Of a DNA stretch of 64,000 nt, positions 48,957-64,000 are shown one piece after another. The stretch is from Eremomyces bilateralis CBS 781.70 (taxonomy: Eukaryota), in the NCBI GenBank assembly GCA_010015585.1, contig ML975150.1; one strand, given 5' to 3'. How positions within the stretch are numbered: position 1 is the first letter of the stretch; each line of letters starts with the position of its first letter. Both the position numbers and the translations under genes were made by a program. The notes below the pieces were generated by a model. It ran no database searches and had not been told where the DNA came from. It saw nothing but the letters and a program-made list of their open reading frames with translations.

Positions 48957-50065
48957 AACCTGCCGCGCCGTTACGTTAACGACTTGACGATACCTCTGTT
49001 ATCTGTGAGTAAAGTACATCATAGACTGGTGCACTTCGAAAATGAGCCGGTTTCCTTTCCTTTTCGTACAACTTTCTTCAATGGCCACGCCCGTCAGACC
49101 CGGATTTACCTTCATGGATGGTCCCTTGCCCCTGGATCTGGTTTTATTACCGCCCCAGGATTCTGCTCTTCTATCCGGCTGTTCCCTCTTCGAGCCTGGG
49201 AATGTTCTACTCCTGCCGTGTCTCGGAAGTCCCTGTGGATGTCCGCCGGAAGTCTCTTGATCTATTCCATTTTCGAAAGCATCTTAACCTCAAGGGGGGC
49301 TGCGTGTTGTTGACCCTAGCTGGGAACAAGGGCTGAAGTGGCGAGTGACACTCGGAAGGTTGCAGGCCGGTTCACCCGTCGACCGTCGACCGGGAGGACT
49401 TGAAGGAATCGGATACTTGGAAGACCTTGGGAACGCCGCTTTGTTCGACGTCCAGCTTTTGTTCGATCATGTCTTGATGACTTAATTTATCCATTGGTTT
49501 TGAATGTGGTCATGTTTATTCCTGTTGCATTGGACCGGATGACGCATTCGCGAGGCATTCTTCTTGATCAAATTGCAGCTATGTTTGAGTCATTCCAATG
49601 TACATCTCATCCCTCCTACTTTCAGGTGTCCAGTGTCATGCAAGCCTTTGGGATTGAGGCCGCCTTATTGATCCGACGACCCATGCTCAAATTCAAGATC
49701 CATTTTTCCCAGGAGCTTGTTTTTGATATATCGCAGACCTTCTCTCGCCATACGGGAGTACGTGTATTTCCACCGAGTTCTTGTACCAGTTGTACCTTCC
49801 TTCTGCGCGGCCGTGCTCCAAGACTGATAGCAGACAGTCCGTCCGACGTACCATAATCCGTCTCGCTTGCATGCGCTGTAATGTGATATACTTAAGCTTA
49901 ATCCAGCTAGGACCACTCCAACTCCGATCCCATTCAGCTCTTCAAGATGCATCTTAGTCTAATACATTAGCTGCGACGTATTGACGCTATCGATTATTAT
50001 CTGACCAGCACCCTTCTCCGTCGCCTCGGCTCCCTACCTTCCGATCCTATCACCAGCTCTCGACG

Positions 50066-50572
50066 ATGTCCTCCCTTACGACCCAATTATCTGATTTGCT
50101 CCGACGAACAGGATCGACGAGCAGCGATGAGTCGGCGACATCGGCAGCCTCCGTCGCGGAACAGCACCAGACACTGTTAGCACAGCCACGACGAGCACAT
50201 GTACATGAGACGGTTACGAACGATCGGTTCTGCCTGATTCATCCCTTGCGTGGAAGCAAGAGCTTGGAGGCAACGCTACGCGAAGCGGATCGAACACCTG
50301 GACATCACTCTGGCTTTAGCGATCCTCAAATAGTTGAAAGCGATCTAGCAAACAATGCGCATCCCCCTTGCATTATTGCTACGACGGCGAGTGAATATAT
50401 TACTATAACCTCGACCACAGAACTACCGAACGTGGTGGATCAGTCTCTGCTTATGGGGGTTGACACACCATCGAAAAAAGGAGTTCCTGTTCCACTTGCA
50501 GTTGGCTGGGCAATGCACGCCTCTTTCATCAGTTGCGAACGGCGCACGGCAGCAGGTTACGATGTGGGATAG
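50066..50572 (+). CDS. hypothetical protein
   Basis: 168-aa ATG-initiated ORF after a CT-rich leader. No recognised domain. Confidence 0.35.
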   Translation: MSSLTTQLSDLLRRTGSTSSDESATSAASVAEQHQTLLAQPRRAHVHETVTNDRFCLIHPLRGSKSLEATLREADRTPGHHSGFSDPQIVESDLANNAHPPCIIATTASEYITITSTTELPNVVDQSLLMGVDTPSKKGVPVPLAVGWAMHASFISCERRTAAGYDVG

Positions 50573-50733
50573 GGTATGGGATTGGCGTTGGATACGAGCA
50601 TGAAGCGTCAACGTTGGGCAGAGACATTGGATCCGGATGTGTATCCCGAATATCATAGAACTTCGAATAACTCTCATTCCTCGAAACGAGATAGGGTCGT
50701 ATATCATGCAGTATCTTTTTCATGACCTTCGTC

Positions 50734-51410
50734 CTACACCGTCCTCCGGTCCGTCATGACGCGCACGATGCTCCCCTGCCCGGCAATCTCCACGGTCTTC
50801 TCATGCCAGCTGAGCAGCACGCTCATCGCCTGCCCACCGCCCTCGGCGGTCCCGCGTCCGGAAATTTGTGAGAAACCCGTGGGCTGCGGCGAATCGGTTT
50901 TGGATCCTAAGGGGGTTGCTTGGGCCATTCCTCTGTATCTACGGAGTGAGGACGGTTAGCCGCTGTGTCGGAGCTAGAGAGAAACGGACTCACAGGTATT
51001 TCATGAGCACATCGAGCAGTTCGGAGCCACCGGGTGACTGGTATATCCGTTGTAGAAGGGGCGTCATGTCCGATTGTCGGATTGACTGGAGGATCTCGAT
51101 CACAGTAGCAAGATGCAGCTCCTGTTATAGTAATGGCCCTCTTAGTACGGGTTCTCCCACGAACTGCTTAAGCGAGCATATATACCTTGCCTCGTTCATC
51201 CGACCCATATGGCGCACTCTCCAACGCCCCCCGTAACGCACCCTCGGTGTCCCCGCCCCGTAACAGCTGCCTAATCTGCCCTGCCAGGTTCTGGACGTCG
51301 GAGGCGGAGACTTGCGCGACGGGAGGGGATAGGGAGGCGAGGTCGAAGTTAGTGGATGCCTCGGGGTCGAGCGCATCGATGTTGATCGTTCGCCAGTTGA
51401 TGGCGGCCAT
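50734..51410 (-). CDS. ARC15: Arp2/3 complex subunit 5 (ARPC5)
   Basis: Exons 51410-51186, 51121-50994 and 50938-50734. Motifs NWRTINIDALDPE, LDVLMKYLYRGM and LLSWHEKTVEIAGQGSIVRVMTDRRTV. Confidence 0.95.
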
Positions 51411-51983
51411 GATGACGGTCGCGTGTGGTGAATTGCCGTGGATGCCGCTGGAACCGACGCTGGACGGAGGAGGTAAGCAGGGAGGATTGGATTTGGTGGA
51501 AAGGGCTCGATATATCACCGAGGGAAGGAACAGTGGACGTCGATTCGCGAGGCCGCTCGGTCAGTGATTTGGAAGCTAGTTGAGTGTGCCTTGCGATGAG
51601 CTTCGAACGAGACCAAATGGGGTTATGTGGATGTATAGTTAATACGTGGTTGTGGTGGGGTGCCATTTGCGTGGGAATACTTGATGGCTTGGCGCAGGTC
51701 ACTGCACGGCAGCAGGTCCCTGAGTCTCCTGGACACCGGCCTCACAGGTAAAATGAAGCTTCATATTTCTAGAACTTAAATGGTCTCGCCTCATAGAGGA
51801 CGAAGAATATTGAAAACCAAAGTATACAGGTGATTGGAGAATTCTATTTCTGCTGCGGCCTTCGTGTGATGACCACTTTGGTGCTAGTATACAGCAGCGA
51901 TGCGATGCGACGAACTCCAAACTGATGAGACTATATACAATTCGCTAAACAGAAAGACCGGATTCTTATAACGCGTCACCGCC

Positions 51984-54789
51984 TTACATCGGCTTCGCAG
52001 GAGCGCATCCTGGACTGAGACCTGGCGTAGGCGGCGGCGTGATCGGGCCCGGCGTGGGATCCGGCGGACCTTCTACATCCCCTCTGCTTCCGAAGTACTT
52101 CGCGATATCTCCTTTATCCTCCCACGGCCGCGGGCCCAGCAACCGTAACAGATCCTCGCGCGTCAACATCTCCTTCGTCAGGAGCTCCTCCGCCACGATG
52201 CCGACCTGCTCCTTCTTCTCGGTCAGCAGGTCTTTGCACTGCTGGTATGCCTCATCGATGATGCGGCGCACCTCGCCGTCGATGTTCTTCGCGGTCTCCT
52301 CGGAGAAGGGCTTGTGCAGCTGCTGCTGGTTGTCGTCTTCGAAGTAGAGGTAGCCGATCTTGCGGCTCATGCCGAACTTCGTGACCATCGCGGTCGCCAG
52401 TCTTGTGACCTTGTTGAAGTCGTCCGACGCGCCCGACGTGACGGTGTCGAAGTGCAGCTCCTCGGAAACGCGACCGCCGAGCGTCATCGCCATGCGGTCC
52501 ATGAGCTGATTGACGTTCATCAGGTAGGAATCGCCAGCCGGGAGATATTGAGCGTAACCCAGGGCTGCCGAACCACGAGGGATGATGGAAACTTTGAGCA
52601 ACGGATCCGCATATTTGAAGTACCACCCGCAGATGGCATGGCCAGCCTCATGGTACGCAACGACTCGCTTCTCTTCGGGGTTCAAAACGAGGGACTTCTT
52701 TTCTAGTCCACCAATAACGCGCTCGATGGCCCCTTCGAAATGCACCATCTCCACGCTATCGGCATTGTGTCGGGCGGCTATCATCGTAATTAGCAAGAAG
52801 CCTAAAGGGCCATGGAACGAGTAACTTACCGATCAAAGCAGCTTCATTGACACAGTTAGCGATGTCGGCCCCCGAGAACCCTGGCGTCAGCGATGAGAGT
52901 CTGCCCTTCAGATGTTCGATATCCTCGTTCGTGACGATATTCTTCAAGTGTACCGCGAAGATTTGCTTTCGTCCCTCCATAGTCGGCTTGTCAATGGAGA
53001 TATGACGATCGAAACGGCCGGGTCGCAAAAGGGCCTTGTCCAAAATGTCAGGCCTGTTGGTACCCGCCATGACCACGACCTGCTCGGCCGTGTTGAAACC
53101 GTCCATCTCTGTGAGAATCTGGTTCAGCGTGCTTTCTCGCTCGTCGTTGCCTCCTCCAAAGTTTGACTTCGCTCTTGATTTCCCAATGGCGTCGATTTCG
53201 TCGATGAAGATGATGCACGGCGTGTTCTTCCTGGCGGTGGCGAACAGGTCCCGCACGCGTGACGGACCGACACCCACAAACATCTCGACGAACTCGGAGC
53301 CGCTGACGCTGAAGAATGGGACCCCGGACTCGCCTGCCGTCGCCTTCGCGAGGAGGGTCTTACCCGTCCCCGGAGGCCCGGAGAGGATGGCACCGCGAGG
53401 AATCTTCGCGCCGAGTTTCTGGTAGACGCCCGGTTCTTTAAGGAAGCTGACGAATTCCATGATCTCTTGCTTCGCTTCGTCCATGCCCGCGACGTCGGCG
53501 AACTTGACCCGTACGTCAGTTTCGTGGTTGAATTTCTTCGCGCGACTGCGCATCATCCCGAAGATTCCACTCTGGCCACCGCCGCCGCCGCCTCCTGCTC
53601 GTCGAGACATGTAGATGATGGCGCCGATGAACAGCAGCGTAGGGCCGAAGGAGAATATTGTCTGGAGCAGCGGCATCTCGGAGTGATAGGCGACCGGTAT
53701 CCGTTCGCTTGAAGGGATGCCCAACTCTTTTTGCGCCTCCTCTAGACCTCGCTCGAACGCCTCCACCGATCCGATGCTGAAGAAGTAGAAGAACGCAGGG
53801 TTCACCGCGGGCGATTCCGGATACAAGGCAGCAACCTGCTCGCGGTGCAGGAAGACCTGGGCGCGGCTCTGGTTGAGAACGATGATCTTTTCCACCAAGC
53901 CTTTGTCCAGGTAGGTGTTTCGGAACTCCTGCCAGGTGATCTCGCGAGAGTTCTCGCCCATCCCGCTCGTCGACCATAGCAACCATGTCGCCACCGCCGC
54001 GATCGCGAACGTGTTCCAGTCCAGCTTGAACTCAAACCCCGGTGGTTTTTCATCCTTACCCTTGCCATCCTTATCCTTCTCCTTGGACTTCGGACCGGGA
54101 TCGTGGGCACCGGCTTTCTGCTCCGGCTCGTCGTCCTTGGATTCTTTCTCCACCTTGGATTCCTTCAACGCCTCCTTCTCCGCCCGCTCGTATACTTCGT
54201 TGCCGACGCGTCGCGCGGTTTTGGAACTAAGACGGGCCAGCCTCGCGATGTCGCCTAATGACAGCGGCTTCCCCCTCCGCGCAAGCTCCAAGGATTCCTC
54301 AATCTCAGGCGGGATGCCGTTCTTTTTATAATCCTCGAAGACCTCGTGGAGCTCCTTCTGCATGGACTGGGGCATCCCCTTCTTGAGCATATCCCTCAGA
54401 TTTTCCAGATGGCGTTCATCGTCGGGCGAGAGTTTCTGTGGCGGAGGTTTTGAATCTTTTCCGGTGGGTGGTTGGTTCGGCGAGGAAGGGGCGTCGGGGC
54501 TCTTGGAGTTGTAGAAATGCTCGAAGCCCGACGGCGGCTTGTCGGATCGGCCGTCCTTCGACACCTTCCCATCCTTCTCCGACGGGGACTCCTTGTCGTC
54601 CTTAATTGGCTCTTTGGAATCTTTCGGATCCTTGGGCGGACCGGTGGCGTATGCTCGTCGTGATGCAGCGAAGGCGTGCCGTGGCAGTCGAGCGGACGCA
54701 GCGCGTCGGAAGTATGCTCTGCTGGCGCCATCGACAGTGTGGAAGGAGGTTTGGGACAGGTGCCTCGAGATCCGGAAGAGGGTTGTCAT
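51984..54789 (-). CDS. AFG3: mitochondrial m-AAA protease subunit (Afg3/Yta12 family)
   Basis: Exons 54789-52830 and 52777-51984. Arg-rich presequence, two TM segments, Walker A GPPGTGKT, Walker [22 protein letters not shown] and M41 motif HEAGH. Confidence 0.93.
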
Positions 54790-55729
54790 GGCTGGGCCGG
54801 CGTGGAGCGAGGAGCTCGAAGAGGTTTTGATGGCGTTGCGTTGGAGCTGCTCATGCGACGGTTCCAGGATGTTGGTTTCCTCAATAAGGGGTCGTGGGAA
54901 ACGGAGGAATCAACGGAGTTCAAAAGGGGCCAGGTCCGGCGCATGGGGTATGGACGAGGCCGCGATGAAGGATACTTGGGACATTGAGTTGCGTGATCCT
55001 CATACATGCCGACTTTGGGCATTGGACGATGGTTCTGTTCGGATTCTGGTCCCACAGATTCCACACAATTCTGACTGCCACGCGCCACACTTTTGCCTGG
55101 TCTGGCCTGAGGCATCCACATCGGATTTATGACTAGATGCAACGTCCGCAGATCCATGCTCTATCACAAGAATTTTGCAAGGTACGGTATTAATATTCTG
55201 TCCCTACAGGGGATTGGGAGGTTGCCTAATGATACGGCTTGACAACACTGGCAAAAAGTCATAGATACCGTCGGGAGACTTAAATATTCCATTAAAATCC
55301 CCCATGATATCGTCTCGTCGAGGTAAGTGATTTTCGTAGAGGAAGACCAGCCGAATTGGGTTCTGGACCTTTGTAGCTCATCAATTATTACAAACACAGA
55401 GGTCACTCATCCTTGTCGGCAGTAGAGATGAAAGTGAAGGCGAGGCAGGTCTACGCCATAGATGAACTCCACTGCTCTGATCACGAAGAGCAATCCGACG
55501 ACGAACTCTTCGCTCTATCGTACAGACAGAAAGCAGAACCGAGTATAGGAGACGACACATAGGGCCGAGAAGTTTTCCATTGTCTATCATGAGGAGGAAC
55601 TAACTAGGTATACAACACCACACCGAAGAATTTTGCACTCCCGAGCCCACGACATGCCCTGCACCATCCCTACGTGCGCATCTACCATCATCCTCGTTAA
55701 AAGTCCACAGCACTCGTGAAGAGAGCCGC

Positions 55730-57648
<1,919 letters not shown>

Positions 57649-58521
57649 GGTGAAGGTTTGATTTGACGGTTTCTAAGTGTTTAGAAAAGGGTAGATTGAT
57701 GTCCTGAGAGAGATTCAGGAAGGCTGGAATTGCTCAGATACGAATGCCAAATGATTCGAGGTATGAACGACGAGGAAAAGAAGAAGAGAAGAATGGAAGA
57801 GAGGGGCGGGCGAGGAGAAAGTTTTTGTGCGTTCAGGTTATGTTGGTGGGGGATTCGCTTGAACGCGCTAGTCCCGTTGCGGCAAGTGGGTTCAACCGGA
57901 ATATTCGCTCTGACTCTTCACCTCCCAGGTCACCACTCCAACTCACCACCACCCCGCCCACGAACGACGCACCCATTCACCCATTCACCGATCGACGCCA
58001 AAAAAAAAACTTTTTCGTTTCTACCTAAAACTTTTCATGCCACAGTACAATTTTTCTTCTATTAGGTTGGATGACCGTGGGTGGAGGTCCTCTCCCGAGC
58101 ATGCTCCACCCTGCTCAACATCATTCCATTCCTGGCGAACACAGGAGAGTTTGGTCTAGTTTAATGGTGCCGCCCAACCCATGAAACCATGATGCCCAAC
58201 TGAAGTTGGAACTGAAGTTTGGGCCTGCTAGTTAACTACACACTGTGTGTTGGAATCAGGGTAGATCAGCCCCAAACCCTGGAATCGCCGCCTGAAGGCA
58301 GGAATGGGACCCCTAAATATGTTCCTATCTGACTAGAAATACTGGCCTACGGAGTCATATCGATCGCTCTTCTGACACACAACGAGCCACTGGACCGCAT
58401 ACCTTATCGTGTAGCTGAGATTGAATCTATCTGCTTTATGACACCGCTACTTGGCATAATATCTGGTGAACCTGTCTCCCCTCCACTCGGAGTGCACTCC
58501 GATATTTACAGTAGATGTCCA

Positions 58522-61160
58522 TTATCTTCGAGTGGAGTTGGGTCCACTCGAAGGTCTATCCTGGATTGCAGACTTGACTGCAGCAGTGAGATCCTTACAT
58601 AGCCTCAAGGAGTGCGTCATAAATCTTGCAATGTGTTCATTTTCCATAGACGGGGTTTCCTTCGCCTTCACCTCCTTGGCCGAAGAATGGGGTTCGGGCT
58701 GGGATTCCACCGATTCAGAGCCTTCCAGTGCGAAATTTAATCGTAGCTCGTTCTCGACATCTCGGAATTTATCGCCTTCGGTGCTGAGGAAGCGCAAGGG
58801 GCCATCGGCGGAAGTTAGGGGAGTCTCGTGCTCCGTCCGTATGTCGAAGAGCTCGTATTGGATATCTTGTATGCCGTCGATTAGACTGGATTGCTTTGGG
58901 GAAAGTGTTTTCTGAATCGCTTGCACCAGTCCGGGTAGAGATGTAGTAGCAACTTCGGAAGACAAGGTAGTAGGGTTTTTACCCGCTGCAATAGAACGTT
59001 CAATTACGCCGACGATGCCTTGCACCGAAGATGGTAATGAACCCATGTTGTGTCTTTTGCGTATCGTCCATTCGATATCGCATGCCGCCGGAGGTAGTCG
59101 CATGTCGATCCGTTCTTCGTCAAGAACCACGCTGGCGCCGAGAAAACTTCTTCCGTCATGGTACGGTCGAGAGCGGAAGGACAGATCAAAAGTCCGATTT
59201 TGCAGCTCCAATGGAACTTGCCACGGCGATGGTCCGAACCGGAACACGGTCCGACTCGAGGTTGGAACTTTCTCCGACGGTGTAGGAGCCGGTAACGTGC
59301 CCAAGAAGTGCGTGGCGCCCGGGATCCAAGGAACGAAATGTCTTCGCCGGGCCGCGGTGGAGGATTCGCGCGTGCTGCCACTAAAGACGACCAGCCCGGG
59401 TCGTGAGAATATCTCCAGCATGGGTTCTGGATTCCAGATAGAAATATCAAGAGAGCTTGCGGCGTTGGGGGCCCCTGTCCTTCTTGACGCCAATGATTTA
59501 CGCAGGACTTTTTCAACTGTTTTGATCTGCGTCTGAACCGGCTCGCCATGCTTCGCAAACCAATCGAAAACAGGTTCTAGATGTTTGGTCACCTCAATTT
59601 CTTGGTTGCCTTCGTCCTTGTGCGATTCATCCTGGAAGGTTTGGGGGATGGGAGAGGCAAGCCTTCTAAGAGAGGAGTCGCTTGCTAAACCGTGGATAAA
59701 CACTTGCTTAGCAGAAAGTGGTGGAATAGCGACGTAGTTGCCTGGAACCCCTTTCTTAAACTTAATCGGCAGTAGATGAGTAAACTTTTCTCTTGACATA
59801 TGATGAGCAAGAAACGCAAACCCCCTCAAGGCCTCGGCGACACCTGCTTTGGTGGACACGATAGATAGCTATTGCAATCCGTTAGAAGCTTCATCTCCGA
59901 TATAGACATACGAACATACCATGGATGAATCTTGGGGGGGAGTGTCTTCAGAGGTTATTGATTTTATCTCTCTCGATTCAAATACCAGCATTTCTGGCGG
60001 GAGCTTCGGGGCAACCGCATTCATCGGCGAGATGACCATGCCACAAGCATCTTGCAGCAACGAAGTTGCATCCGTATTGAACAGCAAACCACGACCTTTT
60101 TGGAAGGGGGATAGATCAACTTTTGCCAGCACAATGCTTTCCAGTGCTGCTCTGACATCTTCGAGAGCATATCGAGTGGCGCCTTTGTCTCCGGATATGC
60201 GAATCGAGACTTTTCGGAGCCGTTGGGTGTCGGTGGAAACGTTGATATGCACCGCGCGATTCCTCTGAACGGCATCGAAGAATCCCTGGAAAGCTATTTG
60301 AAGCGTCAGGATAGCAAATCAATAGTACCCGCATTGCACTGACCATCGCTCATGAGGAGATGTAGTTGCCATTGCGGCAACGAAACCGTAACCTGACCCG
60401 AGGCGAATATCTCGTCCTCCATTTCAACATCCCAAACATGTCGTAGAATCGTTTCGCCGTATAAGGTTTTCGCCGTGATAGATCGGTTCGGATCCTCTTC
60501 CGCGCTCGGAGCTTGCGGATTCCTCAACTCAGGTGTCCACGGTGAGTAGCGAAACTTTAGTCCGTTTTCCAACTGGACCTGAAGTACTAGACCTTTCTGG
60601 TGTGCCTTCGCGTTATGCCGTGCGAGATAGGCGCGTAATTGATCTCCTGTGAAGCCATTCCCCAATACAAATTGCAATCTCCCAAACTCCTCCCTCGTCA
60701 CTGATATCGTGTCCTCCTTGTCACCCGGGTTTGGAGGCCGTAACTTATCGATCTCGTTGAACACATCCTCTGGGGTATGGGGCCGGTTTGCTTTGTCGAT
60801 AAAATCCTCCACTCCCAATCCATTCAAGTTTGGGTTGCCCTCCTCCTCTTTCAGAGCGCTTTCTTCCACAGCATCCGCATCGTGTGGTTCGGCCTCGGAT
60901 TCGGCATGTCGCAAGATGATCACCGGCGAATCCTTCCCGAGAAATCGAGACTTCAACGGCGTCGCGACTTCTCGCCGCTCATTTCCCTTCTTGCCGAGTA
61001 TGCGCCCCCATGGACGGCCGGAATGTACGAATCGGTTCGGTCCCTGCTGGTGCAGGAGGCGGAGATGGAAGGCGTGTCGCGTGCTCGGGGATATCTGGAA
61101 ACGCAGGCTTTGGGCACAGCTGGAGCAGATGAACGGTTTAGGTCCAGGTAGAAAGTTCAT
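58522..61160 (-). CDS. SLS1: mitochondrial inner-membrane-bound regulator Sls1-like
   Basis: Exons 61160-60344, 60293-59920 and 59868-58522. Presequence FICSSCAQSLR, and blocks LGNGFTGDQLRAY and ILRHVWDVE..G...LPQWQLHLL. Confidence 0.7.
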
Positions 61161-61561
61161 CGGTATGGAACTAGCCTTGACCGCGTGACTGTGCGTGTCG
61201 TAGGATGGTGAGTTGCTATACGGTATGACACAGCGGAAATGTTCTTTCATGAAATTCCCAGATCTCGGCGACCCTTCATTGCCAAATCAAGGTATTGCAG
61301 GGGACGGATGGCGACAGGGGTAGCTCCTCATCCAGACTCCAGGCCTTAATCCTCACGGCTTAATTACATATTATGTACTAACTAATTACAAGGAACTAAA
61401 AAAGTACAACTAATTTTAGCATCGTAATCTCATACTAGAACATCGTGATGTTGAGAGATAAATTTCTAATTGCCGGTACTCTGTGCAATTATATCTTGTG
61501 GAGAGCCATCTGGACACGGATGTTTCTATCTAATACCAGATTCATTAATAGCCTACTTCCC

Positions 61562-62967
61562 TTATGAGCCCCTCGGATTAGAGATCTGCCAGCTTCTCAG
61601 ATCTTCTCGAGCATCGAACTCGTCCATCTCAGTATTATGTGGGCGTCGCCCCCTCTCCGATGCCGCCTTCATATTCTGAGCTTGTTGCTCCAGGCTCCCT
61701 CGCCCTCGGATTCCTTCGCCTGCCGTCAGAGGGACCTCATGCTTATCCAAGTCCTTGAGAGTCTCAAGAGATCCATCCTTGCTATTTGGTCGTGATGAGA
61801 ATGCTCCGGAATAGTTCCTCCGGCTCGGATGCAGGGTGTTCCTCTCACTACCACTGAGGGATCCACTGTCTTCAACATTGCCATTGCCGGCGCCGTTTGG
61901 GTCGAAGCTCAGGTCTCGGTCGCCCCAGCCGTCACCACCAGCAAATATGTCCTCGATGCATTTGTCCGCGCTCAACTCTCCGGGTTGTGCGGCCCATTTT
62001 GCTGCAAGGGTCCGTCGGTAGAGGTCCTGAAGCTCACCAGCCTCGCGCGATCGATGGCTTAGAGCAGGCATTTCTAACCATGTTAGCCACGGTCAAGCGC
62101 AAGTATCATTTCGACGTACGCCCTATATCGTCCGACTCTACTTGCTCTCCTCCAACCACAATCCCAGCGATGCCGCCGAACACCTGAGCGGTTCGTAGCG
62201 GGGGCCTGCTATATATTGAGCCTCAAATACCTTAAACAATCAGCGACGTTGCACTTACGCTATGAAGTTTCGATCCCCCTCAGTCTGGCGAAGGAAGATG
62301 CTGATCTGGGACGGTTAGCGCCACCTGATTATGCCTCATAAGCGCCCTATTATACCCTCAATGTACTATTGATCTTGCTATCCTGCATGAGGTATCGTCT
62401 TGAAATTCCGACGTCTCCTTCGGCCTCGCTTGCTTCCACGTACTCGGCCAGATTCAATTTCACAACACCCAGTATTATCCGCTCCCCTTTGCTTCCAGAA
62501 GAGTATTCCTGGATTACCTCGAAATGTATCCATGACTCCTGCAAGAGACCGGATTTGTCGATCGTGAACCGTACTGCGAAATGAGCCTCATGGTTCCACG
62601 TAACTTTATGCTCCTTGATATCTCGCTTCTCGGTCCGACCCTGGTGATCTCCGGCGGCGGAATGCGGGAGGTGCCATTTGACGAATGACTTTCCGGAGAC
62701 GAGGGGAACGTTATTTAGGTCGAGGACCTGAGCAAGGCTCAGCAAGGTACTATGCCACGGATAATGGCGGGACAAACCTGCAAGTCAAGATCGAACTTTG
62801 CCTATTCAGCAGTTAGAATGATATAGTTGAAAGCCAAAGTTCCTGGCATCGTTCCCATACCCTTCGATTCTTCGGGACTGCCAACTCGGTCAGCGAATTC
62901 CGAGCCCAGTTTTGGGACCGCTTCCAAAGGGCAGTCGGCGGCATGGTTTCTCACCAAAGGCTTGCAT
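61562..62967 (-). CDS. NT-C2 (EEIG1/EHBP1 N-terminal C2) domain protein
   Basis: Exons 62967-62955, 62877-62861, 62801-62778, 62727-62356, 62305-62259, 62205-62120 and 62073-61562. MQAFVPKNRRAKFDLDLQVLDLNNVPLVSG..KLNLAEYVE..RRYLMQDSKINSTL. Confidence 0.88.
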
Positions 62968-63403
62968 GTTGGGCAACTATTCCAAGAATCACTTCTTCAC
63001 GAGAAGCGGATGTGTTCGCGCATTTGTTGGTAGGGGCAGGCGCGAGAGGTGAATGATTGACTGCCGGTAGCTCGTGCTCGTGAATTGATCGCCGCGGCCT
63101 TCATGTTCATTCTCATGCTCCTATCCCGCGACTGCAGTAAGGTAGCAATTTTTCAGTGTAGATGCTCAGTGATTAATTCATAGTTATTATCCGATGAAGT
63201 TTGAAGGTTGACCGAGTATCATCAATGACCCCACGCAGCACCTGATGCTTGGCGATCATCTCAGCCCCAGGGTCAATCGCTAGTCTACTTAATTATAGCT
63301 CTATCCCACGCCAGGACTATTCGCCGTTGAAACCATTACAGGAAATTACATAAGATACCACACTCATTGAAGTACCCGTATCCATCATCATTGAGACGTT
63401 GGG

Positions 63404-64000
63404 ATGAACAATCGGGCAGATGAAGTGGCTCGTTGTGTGACATCCGCATTCGACGAATTACCTCCAAGGGCAAAGCCCAGGCGAGAAGAGGTAGTCTCAG
63501 AATGGGTTCCATTGAGTGGAATTGTCCTTATGGATGAAGGTGACTCCTCGCGATTAAAACATATCCTTTTCGTCAAGCTAATTACTATATACAGAGACCG
63601 GGGAATTAAGATGCGTTGCTTTTGCGTCAGTAGAATCTACCCTCATCTATAGATGTCACGGCCCTCACTGATATGCAGGACAGGAATGAAATGCCTCCCT
63701 CGCAATCATGTCCGCTTAGCGAAAGGCAATACTCTCCATGACTCTCATGCAGAAGTGCTAGTTCTCCGTGCGTTCAATCGCCTTCTTCTCGAAGAATGTC
63801 GTCGATTGCTTGAAGCACCAATGGAGAGCCAAAACACGATTGTTCAATGGAGGCGGGCCCCAAATACCCCAGGATCCAGTACGGACGGACCCCCGTTTAC
63901 AATCCGTCATGGTACCAGGATCATTATGTATTCCAGCGAAGCGCCTTGCGGCGACGCAAGCATGGAGTTGATCATCGAGAAGCAGGGGGATCCCACTCCA
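63404..64000 (+). CDS. TAD1: tRNA-specific adenosine-37 deaminase (ADAT1), 3' truncated by window
   Basis: Exons 63404-63539, 63595-63625 and 63679 to the window end. Motifs EWVPLSGIV, ATGMKCLP, LHDSHAEVLVLRAFNR and YSSEAPCGDASM. Confidence 0.92.

Overview
Fungal nuclear DNA from a filamentous ascomycete (Pezizomycotina, possibly a Dothideomycete). It has short GT-AG introns with CTRAC-type branch sites and about 23 protein-coding genes. Recognisable genes: a triple H-type lectin, an Mto2/Spa18-like MTOC protein, the M28 vacuolar protease PFF1, a PRISE-type SDR, a CYP617-like P450, a hot-dog thioesterase, a PXA-PX nexin, two GST-fold proteins, the borate exporter BOR1, rfeG, ARC15, the m-AAA protease, tef1 (6 exons, 459 aa), SLS1, an NT-C2 protein and a partial TAD1. 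The best lead is in the apparent 7.5-kb gene desert at 33.7-41.3 kb: a predicted spliced transcription unit whose only convincing ORF is a 22-32 aa micropeptide (MGRGAYDTTGTPKPPPPPPKRR), with a 5'UTR intron and a hairpin-rich 3'UTR intron. Other leads are a stand-alone Cdc24-type PH domain, a bacterial-looking GST, a GC-AG intron and a uORF in BOR1, a 900-nt ATG-free rfeG leader, a BTB pseudogene and a degenerate MITE. No tRNA, rRNA or CRISPR was seen. All family calls come from motif recognition by eye, not database searches.
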